From Anaerolineae bacterium (lineage in GTDB: Bacteria; Chloroflexota; Anaerolineae; Aggregatilineales; UBA3940), in contig JBNKDD010000118.1 in assembly GCA_050288085.1 (NCBI GenBank), positions 1 to 16,184 of the forward strand: a stretch of DNA of 16,184 nucleotides. Direction: 5' to 3'. The notes below the pieces were generated by a model that worked only from the letters and a program-made list of their open reading frames with translations, was not told where the DNA came from and made no database searches. Shown piece after piece: positions 7,110-13,934 of this stretch (position 1 is its first letter; the number at the start of each line of letters is the position of its first letter). Made by a program: the position numbers and the translations under genes.

Positions 7110-8588
7110 ATGAGAATTTTGTTAGTTTACCCTGAGTTCCCGGACACTTTTTGGAGTTTCAAGCATGCGCTCAAGTTTGTCCGCAAAAAGGCGGTTGCAC
7201 CGCCATTAGGCCTGTTGACGGTGGCGGCTATGTTGCCTGCCAGGTGGGAAAAACGGCTGGTTGATCTCAATGTAACCGGCTTGAACCACGAAGACCTGGT
7301 ATGGGCTGACTATGTCTTTATCAGCGCAATGGCCATACAGCGTGATTCGGTTCAAACCGTCATTGCTGAGTGCAAAGAAGTCGGGGTGAAGGTCGTAGCC
7401 GGAGGTCCGTTATTCACAATGGAATATGAGCAATTCCCTGATGTTGATCACCTCGTACTTAATGAAGCTGAATTGACGCTGCCACCCTTTCTGGCAGACC
7501 TGGCTAATGGGTGTGCTCAACCGATCTACACTACAACTGAATACCCGGACATCAGCCAAACTCCAACACCCCTCTGGGAGTTGGTCAATTTCAAACATTA
7601 CGATACGGTCAGCATCCAGTTTTCCCGCGGCTGCCCCTATAACTGTGAGTTCTGCAATGTGACAACCCTATTAGGTCACCGTCCGCGTCTGAAGACCGCT
7701 GCACAGATCATCGCCGAACTGGATGGCCTGTATGACCTGGGCTGGCGAAAAGGTGTCTTCTTTGTGGACGATAACTTTATCGGCAACAAGAAGGAGCTCA
7801 AGTCCACGGTGCTGCCCGCCTTGATCGAATGGCGGAAAGGCAAGGTGGGGATGCCATTTAACACCGAGGCATCCATCAACCTGGCCGACGATCCTGGCCT
7901 GATGCAGCTTATGACAGATGCCGGGTTTACCACAGTTTTTGTTGGCATTGAAACGCCCAACGAAGATAGTTTGATTGAATGCAGCAAGACGCAGAACAAG
8001 GGCCGTGACCTGGTCGAGAGTGTCAAACGACTCCACCGGGCAGGGCTCCAGGTACAGGGCGGCTTCATTGTTGGCTTTGACAGCGATACCCCATCGGTCT
8101 TTCAGCAGCAGATCGATTTCATCCAGCAGAGTGGTGTTGTAACGGCCATGGTAGGGCTACTGCAAGCTCCTCGAGGGACACGTCTACATGAGCGGCTGCA
8201 GCGAGAAGGCCGGATCGCCGATGAATTTTCAGGGGATAATGTGAGTGGCTCGACCAATATCATCCCCGCAATGAACCTGGACACGCTGCGGGAAGGCTAC
8301 CGTGAGATACTCGATCATATTTATACTCCAAAGTTCTATTATGACCGGGTCATCACCTTTCTGCGTGAGTACAAACCACCTCAGATCAAAAGTCCTCTTG
8401 ATTTTCAACACCTGATGGCTTTTTGGCGCTCGATTTATCAACTGGGTATTCGTGGGGCAGAACGTGTGCAGTATTGGAGACTGTTTTTTTGGACTCTATT
8501 CCGGCGTCCGCGGCTATTTCCGCTGGCAATCACACTGGCTATCTATGGTTTCCATTTCCGCAAGGTAGCCGAACTGCATGTAGGCTGA
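7110..8588 (+). CDS. B12-binding domain radical SAM protein with C-terminal DUF4070
   Basis: The N-terminal cobalamin-binding region reads MRILLVYPEFPDTFWSFKHALKFVRKKAVAPPLGLLTVAAM. The rSAM cluster motif CPYNCEFC (CxxxCxxC) is present. The C-terminal FYYDRVITFLREYKPP region is DUF4070-like. Strong RBS AGGAGGA 7 nt upstream of the start. Confidence 0.9.
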   Translation: MRILLVYPEFPDTFWSFKHALKFVRKKAVAPPLGLLTVAAMLPARWEKRLVDLNVTGLNHEDLVWADYVFISAMAIQRDSVQTVIAECKEVGVKVVAGGPLFTMEYEQFPDVDHLVLNEAELTLPPFLADLANGCAQPIYTTTEYPDISQTPTPLWELVNFKHYDTVSIQFSRGCPYNCEFCNVTTLLGHRPRLKTAAQIIAELDGLYDLGWRKGVFFVDDNFIGNKKELKSTVLPALIEWRKGKVGMPFNTEASINLADDPGLMQLMTDAGFTTVFVGIETPNEDSLIECSKTQNKGRDLVESVKRLHRAGLQVQGGFIVGFDSDTPSVFQQQIDFIQQSGVVTAMVGLLQAPRGTRLHERLQREGRIADEFSGDNVSGSTNIIPAMNLDTLREGYREILDHIYTPKFYYDRVITFLREYKPPQIKSPLDFQHLMAFWRSIYQLGIRGAERVQYWRLFFWTLFRRPRLFPLAITLAIYGFHFRKVAELHVG

Positions 8589-8589
8589 A

Positions 8590-8712
8590 GGTGGCCCTGG
8601 TAGATGGAGTTGTAATGATGGTGAATAGCCGGACACGCTCACATTCCTTGCGACGCTCTTGAGACTCTACTTCATTATACTAAATTTAGGAAGTCCAAAA
8701 CCGACGTATAGT
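8590..8712. repeat. Copy 2 of the ~120 bp direct repeat (orphan copy; the SARP-like 5' end is decayed)
   Basis: Aligns to 2684-2806. The minus-strand reading gives (V)SVSGYSPSLQLHLPGPP versus the regulator's MIVSGYSPSLQLYLLGPP, so it is a remnant of a SARP N-terminus and promoter with no gene body behind it. It is followed by a perfect hairpin, AAAACCGAC gtata GTCGGTTTT, at 8697-8719. Confidence 0.75.
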
Positions 8713-8792
8713 CGGTTTTGAGTGAAAGTGGCGAAGGTTCAGTAGATAGTCGAAATCTCATAAATATAGTAACTCTACAAAAGAGGCATAAA

Positions 8793-9197
8793 ATGGCACA
8801 AGATGAGAAGAAGGTAAGTTTTAAACAAAGGTGGAATGAAATTAGACAAAGGTGGGATAAAGCCCGTCCAACGAAAAAGATTGTCTTCTGGATTTCGGTA
8901 GCCGTTAGTATTCTAACGATGATTGTTGGCTTCAGTTGGGGGGGATGGGTTACGAGTAGTAAAGCCGAGCTAATGGCTGAGGAGGCCGTTGTCGAGCGCC
9001 TGTCGTTGATTTGTGTTGACCAGTTTAAGCAAGATCCGGAGACAGAGCAGAAGCTCATAGAGTTTGTCGAAACAAGTTCTTACAAACAAGATGATTATGT
9101 CAGAGATCAAGGTTGGGCGACCATGTTTGGTGATGAGGAGCCCGATAAAAACGTTGCCGACGCCTGTGCAAAACTGATCGCGCAGATCGACCAGTAG
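8793..9197 (+). CDS. Hypothetical protein with one TM helix and an acidic C-terminus
   Basis: ORF 8718-9197. The likely start is ATG 8793 (MAQDEKKVSFKQRWNEI...) with AAGAGG upstream. It has a single hydrophobic segment, IVFWISVAVSILTMIVGFSWGGW. It lies in an AT-richer segment, and I recognise no family. Confidence 0.4.
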   Translation: MAQDEKKVSFKQRWNEIRQRWDKARPTKKIVFWISVAVSILTMIVGFSWGGWVTSSKAELMAEEAVVERLSLICVDQFKQDPETEQKLIEFVETSSYKQDDYVRDQGWATMFGDEEPDKNVADACAKLIAQIDQ

Positions 9198-9452
9198 ACA
9201 AAACAGTCTACCTCAAAATCAGCCTTTCACCAGTTGTCATAGTCCTATGTATCGCATTCACATTACTATGTCTACTCGACTTTCGCCGTTAGTGTAGCCC
9301 TATCTGGAGTTTCGCGTTCTTGCGTCCGTGGAATCGGCGAAACGGCAAATATTGAATATTGGGAAGTACAGGATATTTGTCCAGTGTTTGTTGGTGAGTT
9401 TGATAGTCATGTAGGCTAGTATACCCCTAAATGTCAACAAGACAGATGATGA

Positions 9453-9743
9453 CTCAAGATAATAAATGCAGGGGTGAATGGCCCGGTGATCATTGACAGA
9501 GTAAGGCGCGCCCAGGTAGAAGAAAACGATATGTGCCTGGGCTATGATGTGATGTCGGGTAAGCTTGTCAACATGCTCGAAGCAGGCATTATCGACCCGG
9601 TGAAAGTCACGTGTGGCGCTGTGTCCAATGCGACCAGTATTGCAGCTATGATCCTGACAACCGAGGCATTGGTGACAGACAAGCCTAAAAGGAAGCAGAA
9701 GCAACCCATTAGCCCGAATGGGTACGACGACTTCGATTACTAA
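9453..9743 (+). pseudogene. groEL: Relic of a chaperonin GroEL (Cpn60) C-terminus, ~96 codons, truncated at the 5' side
   Basis: LKIINAGVNGPVIIDRVRRAQVEENDMCLGYDVMSGKLVNMLEAGIIDPVKVTCGAVSNATSIAAMILTTEALVTDKPK is collinear with the GroEL equatorial C-terminal region (...IAENAG.EGSVIV.K.....GYNAATGE.V.M.EAGI.DP.KVTRSAL.NAASVA.L.LTTEA.V.DKP.). An in-frame stop lies immediately upstream at 9450-9452. No GroEL-like sequence is found in any frame of 9300-9450. The tail KRKQKQPISPNGYDDFDY replaces the usual Gly-Met repeat. Confidence 0.65.
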
Positions 9744-9901
9744 TAGGGCTTACGCAGTTGAGTATGGGACAAGGAGCTTAAGCCCTTTGCCCAGGCACAG
9801 CATCAACTTGAATTGCGTGAGTCCTAACCATGTGATCGTAGTATATGAGGTGGGGCAATGGCAGCCCCATGAGTCATTGACAGAATGAGGAGTTGACATC
9901 G

Positions 9902-10030
9902 ATGGCAAACAAAAAAGGCAAGGCCAAACGCAAACCATTATCCAAAGGATATCGCAAGTATGTGCGGCGATTGAAGCAAGAGGCTCGGAAGAACGGCACC
10001 ATTTACCGGGGGAATGTGAGGAACAATTGA
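9902..10030 (+). CDS. Putative 42-aa very basic micro-protein (MANKKGKAKRKPLSKGYRKYVRRLKQEARKNGTIYRGNVRNN)
   Basis: GAGGAG lies 9 nt upstream of ATG 9902. It is preceded by a tandem TTGACA...TTGACA and a 6 bp-stem hairpin (tggggc aatggca gcccca). The product is about 40% Lys/Arg. It is too short to appear in the supplied ORF track. Confidence 0.35.
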   Translation: MANKKGKAKRKPLSKGYRKYVRRLKQEARKNGTIYRGNVRNN

Positions 10031-10318
10031 TTTGATCCGGCGGGGAAGCCTACCTGGGGGATGGCAACCATCACCAGACAGTAAGAATGTTAGAAACTCC
10101 AAGAATACCTGGAAAAGCTCGGCGGTGGTCTGGTGGTGATTCAAGTGGGAGCCGTGACCCAAACTGAGCATAAGAGAAAAGCATTGTGCCGAGAACGTGG
10201 TGCACATGATTCATGCTGCAATTGAAGGGAGATTGCACCCAGTGAAGATGTAACGCTTATGAATATGGTAATGACACTTGTAGAGAGTGGCAAGAGTCTG
10301 AGTGAAGGAGAATGCCTC

Positions 10319-10630
10319 ATGACAAACAAACAAAGGATCAAAACCCAGCTATCCAAAAGCCAGATAACAACCGCTGCTCTGACACAGAAGGCGGAATCTG
10401 AACTAGTAGACGTATTCAATCGTATTAACCGTCTGCAGGTGCTTTTGCGCCGATTTGTCCCTTTCGTTGCGAGCGAATCCGCTCAAATCGTCACCCAGAC
10501 TCAGTCCACCTTGAAAACAGCCGGCCCCAAGCTCAGCCGAGTTATGGACTTCCAAAATGCGCAGAATAACCGAGATCGATTAGAGAATTGGAAAAACGAG
10601 GGTGAGAGAACTGAGCATGTCTCAGCATAA
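10319..10630 (+). CDS. Hypothetical helical/coiled-coil-like protein (~103 aa). It overlaps the start of the glycosyltransferase gene by 14 nt.
   Basis: ORF 10259-10630. ATG 10319 (MTNKQRIKTQLSK...) is preceded by GAAGGAG 7 nt upstream. The protein is Q/S/T-rich and I recognise no domain. Confidence 0.4.
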   Translation: MTNKQRIKTQLSKSQITTAALTQKAESELVDVFNRINRLQVLLRRFVPFVASESAQIVTQTQSTLKTAGPKLSRVMDFQNAQNNRDRLENWKNEGERTEHVSA

Positions 10631-12902
10631 TACCACGAATACATCGAGTAAACGCATCGGATTTATTGGTAACCATCTGCCGCGCCAGTGTGGCATTGCC
10701 ACTTTTACGACCGATTTGTGTGAAGCCATTGCAGCGGAATACAGCGAAACAACGTGCATTGCCTTACCAGTTAATGATATTGCTGGTGGTTATGCCTATC
10801 CACCCCGCGTTCGATTTGAACTTACAGAGAAAGACATTGCCTCCTATCGTCGTGCCGCAGACTTTCTCAATATCAACAATGTTGATCTTGTCTGCCTGCA
10901 ACATGAATATGGAATTTATGGTGGGCCAGCAGGCAGTCACATCCTTGCTCTTTTGCGGGAATTGCACATGCCGATAGTCACAACACTACACACTATTCTG
11001 GAGCAGCCCGATGCTGATCAACTCAAGGTACTACAAGAAGTAGCCACGCTATCTGATCGTGTAGTTGTCATGAGTGAGCGGGGGAGCGAATTCCTAAAGC
11101 GAATCTATGGTGTTTCGGCGAAGAAGATCGATTTCATTCCTCATGGTATCCCCGATGTACCGTTCACCGACTCCAGTTTTCACAAAGATCTATTTGGGGT
11201 CGAGGGTAAAATGGTCTTACTCAGCTTTGGATTGCTATCCAGCAATAAGGGAATTGAAGATGTCATTGCTGCTCTACCTACCATCGTGGCACAATATCCG
11301 AATGTGGTGTACCTCGTCCTCGGCGCAACCCACCCTCATGTTGTGCGAAACGAAGGCGAAACCTATCGCCTGTCTCTGCAGCGACTGGCACGCGACAAAG
11401 GCATCGAAGGCAACGTCATTTTTTACAACCGCTTTGTCACGTTAGGGGAACTAAATCAATTCATTAGTGCGGCAGATATTTATCTCACCCCTTACCTGAA
11501 CGCTGCCCAGATTACCTCCGGCACGCTAGCTTATACTTTGGGCGCGGGCAAAGCCGTGATCTCGACACCCTACTGGTATGCAGAAGAAGTTCTCGCCAAT
11601 GAACGCGGTGTACTCATACCCTTCCATAATTCGGCAAAGCTCGCTGAGGCGGTAATTGACTTGCTCGACAATGAAGCCGAGCGTGATGCGATGCGTAAAC
11701 GAGCCTATATGTTTGGCCGTCAGATGATCTGGCCGCAAGTGGCACGGCGCTACATGGAAAGTTTTGAGCGTGCCCGTGCTGAATGTCGGTATACTTTCCC
11801 TTCCAGCTTCGTGGTTAAACCGTTAGATCAACGTCCGGATGAACTGCCGCCCCTTAAACTCGATCATTTACATCATATGACCGACGACACCGGGATATTG
11901 CAGCACGCCAAATTCACAATCCCTAATTACTATGAGGGTTACTGCATCGACGATAACGCCCGTGCCTTAATTGTAAGTACCTATCTGGCAGAATTGGAGT
12001 TAGGGAGTGGACAAATTTTAGCGCTGACGACCCGGTATCTGGCTTTTATCGCGTACGCTTTTAACAGCGAAACCGGTCGCTTTCGCAATTTTATGGATTA
12101 TCAGCGTCATTGGCTGGAAGAAAATGGATCAGAGGATAGTCATGGTCGCACCTTGTGGGCATTAGGGACTGTGATTGGTCGTTCTAGCACACCAGACCTC
12201 ATAAGCATGGCGAGTTCGCTGTTCGAACAAGCTTTGCCCGCCATCGTTGACACGACCAGCCCACGTGCGTGGGCATTTACGCTGATCGGCATTCACGAAT
12301 ATTTTCGAAGATTTAATGGCGATCGCCTGGTCAGTCAAATGCGTGATGAATTGGCAGAGCGATTGCTCACCCTCTATCAAGCCAATCGTAGAGATGAATG
12401 GCGCTGGTATGAAAGTGGCCTGGCTTATTGCAATGCAGTGCTGCCACTTGCCATGTTAATGTGTGGGCAGTGGATACCAGACGCCAGCATGATGGCAGCC
12501 GGGCTAGAGTCACTCAAATGGTTAGCCAATATCCAACGGTCAGACGGGCCGGGGGGGCACTTTATACCGATCGGCTCCAACGGCTTTTATCAGCATGGGG
12601 GTGAACGAGCCAGATTTGATCAACAGCCAGTAGAGGCACAAACGATGGTATCTGCCTGCCTCGAAGCTTATCAAACTACAGGGGATAAATACTGGCGCAT
12701 GGAAGCCCAGCGTGCCTTCGAGTGGTTTCTAGGACGGAATGATCTCAATCTTCCCGTTTACGATCCGACGACAGGTGGCTGCCGGGATGGACTACACCCC
12801 GACCGAGCGAACGAGAACCAGGGCGCTGAGTCTACCTTAGCGTTTTTACAAGCCTGGTTGGGGCTGCGCCTGACCGAAAATACCTATCAATTAACACGCT
12901 AA
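10617..12902 (+). CDS. Family 4 (GT-B) glycosyltransferase fused to a ~370-aa C-terminal domain of unknown function (possibly (alpha/alpha)6-barrel glycoside hydrolase/phosphorylase-like)
   Basis: The N-terminal half shows the GT4 fold: RIGFIGNHLPRQCGIATFT..., VLLSFGLLSSNKGIED, and the E-x7-E-like region YLTPY...ISTPYWYAEE. The C-terminal half (from ~HLHHMTDDTGIL) is rich in W/aromatic helical repeats with DDNARAL, HGRTLWALG and NQGAESTLAFL motifs, suggestive of a six-hairpin glycosidase. The start is ATG 10617 (alternatively GTG 10602). Confidence 0.8.
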   Translation: MSQHNTTNTSSKRIGFIGNHLPRQCGIATFTTDLCEAIAAEYSETTCIALPVNDIAGGYAYPPRVRFELTEKDIASYRRAADFLNINNVDLVCLQHEYGIYGGPAGSHILALLRELHMPIVTTLHTILEQPDADQLKVLQEVATLSDRVVVMSERGSEFLKRIYGVSAKKIDFIPHGIPDVPFTDSSFHKDLFGVEGKMVLLSFGLLSSNKGIEDVIAALPTIVAQYPNVVYLVLGATHPHVVRNEGETYRLSLQRLARDKGIEGNVIFYNRFVTLGELNQFISAADIYLTPYLNAAQITSGTLAYTLGAGKAVISTPYWYAEEVLANERGVLIPFHNSAKLAEAVIDLLDNEAERDAMRKRAYMFGRQMIWPQVARRYMESFERARAECRYTFPSSFVVKPLDQRPDELPPLKLDHLHHMTDDTGILQHAKFTIPNYYEGYCIDDNARALIVSTYLAELELGSGQILALTTRYLAFIAYAFNSETGRFRNFMDYQRHWLEENGSEDSHGRTLWALGTVIGRSSTPDLISMASSLFEQALPAIVDTTSPRAWAFTLIGIHEYFRRFNGDRLVSQMRDELAERLLTLYQANRRDEWRWYESGLAYCNAVLPLAMLMCGQWIPDASMMAAGLESLKWLANIQRSDGPGGHFIPIGSNGFYQHGGERARFDQQPVEAQTMVSACLEAYQTTGDKYWRMEAQRAFEWFLGRNDLNLPVYDPTTGGCRDGLHPDRANENQGAESTLAFLQAWLGLRLTENTYQLTR

Positions 12903-12917
12903 CGGAAAGGTTAATCA

Positions 12918-13934
12918 ATGCGCATTGCAATGCTCTCGCCGATCGCCTGGCGCACACCGCCGCGTCACTATGGTCCCTGGGAAAGTGTGGTTTCCCTCTT
13001 GACCGAGGGCCTGGTAGCCCGTGGTTACGATGTCACCCTGTTTGCGACGGGTGACTCGGAATCGAGCGGCAAACTTCGGTTTGTCTGCCCACAAGGCTAT
13101 GAGGAAGATCGTTCGATCATACCGAAAGTCTGGGAATCGCTGCACATTTCAGAACTCTTCGATCACGCGGATGACTTCGACATTATCCACAATCACTTTG
13201 ACTTTCTGCCTTTGACCTATAGCGGACTGATCCAAACCCCTGTAGTTACGACAATTCATGGTTTTTCATCACCTGGGATTTTGCCGGTTTATAAAAAATA
13301 CAACGGAAGCGTGTTTTACGTTTCCATTAGTGATGCCGACCGAGCACCTGAGCTTGACTATATTAAAACCATCTATCACGGCATTGACTTACAACAGTTT
13401 GATTTTCAGTCCGAACCGGACGATTATCTGCTCTTTTTCGGGCGTATTCACCCTGATAAGGGTGCCAAAGAGGCGATTGAAATTGCCAAGGCTTGCAACA
13501 AACCGTTGATATTGGCGGGCATCATTCAGGACGAAGATTACTATCAGGAGGATGTTCAACCCTATCTTGATAACAGCCAGGTTGTTTATATGGGTAGTGT
13601 CGGACCCGTTCAGCGTGGCAAGTTGTTGGGTAAGGCATTGGCACTACTCCACCCTATCCATTTCGACGAACCCTTTGGGCTGTCGGTAATTGAGGCGATG
13701 GCATGTGGTACACCAGTCATCGCATTCAACAGGGGTAGTATGCCTGAGTTGATCGAACATGGAAAAAACGGTTTCCTGGTATCCGGGTGCCAAGAGGCGA
13801 TTGAACATATAGATCGCATAAAAACCATTAACCGGGCAGACTGCCGCCGAACAGTCGAGGACCGTTTCACCGCAGACAGAATGGTTGAACAATACCGCGA
13901 TGTTTATACACTGATGATGGAAAGTGTGAATTGA
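12918..13934 (+). CDS. Short family 4 (GT-B) glycosyltransferase
   Basis: MRIAMLSPIAWRTPPRHYGPWESVV is the typical N-terminal acceptor-domain motif of ~340-aa GT4 enzymes. The C-terminal donor-domain motifs are FFGRIHPDKG and EPFGLSVIEAMACGTPVIA (the EX7E region). It starts 16 nt after the preceding stop, with a GGAAAGG RBS. Confidence 0.8.
   Translation: MRIAMLSPIAWRTPPRHYGPWESVVSLLTEGLVARGYDVTLFATGDSESSGKLRFVCPQGYEEDRSIIPKVWESLHISELFDHADDFDIIHNHFDFLPLTYSGLIQTPVVTTIHGFSSPGILPVYKKYNGSVFYVSISDADRAPELDYIKTIYHGIDLQQFDFQSEPDDYLLFFGRIHPDKGAKEAIEIAKACNKPLILAGIIQDEDYYQEDVQPYLDNSQVVYMGSVGPVQRGKLLGKALALLHPIHFDEPFGLSVIEAMACGTPVIAFNRGSMPELIEHGKNGFLVSGCQEAIEHIDRIKTINRADCRRTVEDRFTADRMVEQYRDVYTLMMESVN

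Noticed and set aside
7671-8441. Minus-strand ORFs inside the radical SAM gene (7671-8036, 7676-8068, 8102-8284, 8229-8441)
   Set aside because: Shadow ORFs. The + frame carries the CxxxCxxC motif and the B12-binding domain.
6899-8588. Micropeptide plus B12-radical SAM as a RiPP biosynthetic pair
   Set aside because: The peptide is a generic TM helix with no leader/core organisation and no Cys/Ser/Thr-rich core. No peptidase, transporter or RRE-domain gene is nearby. DUF4070 rSAMs are not known RiPP maturases. I kept it only as a minor alternative.
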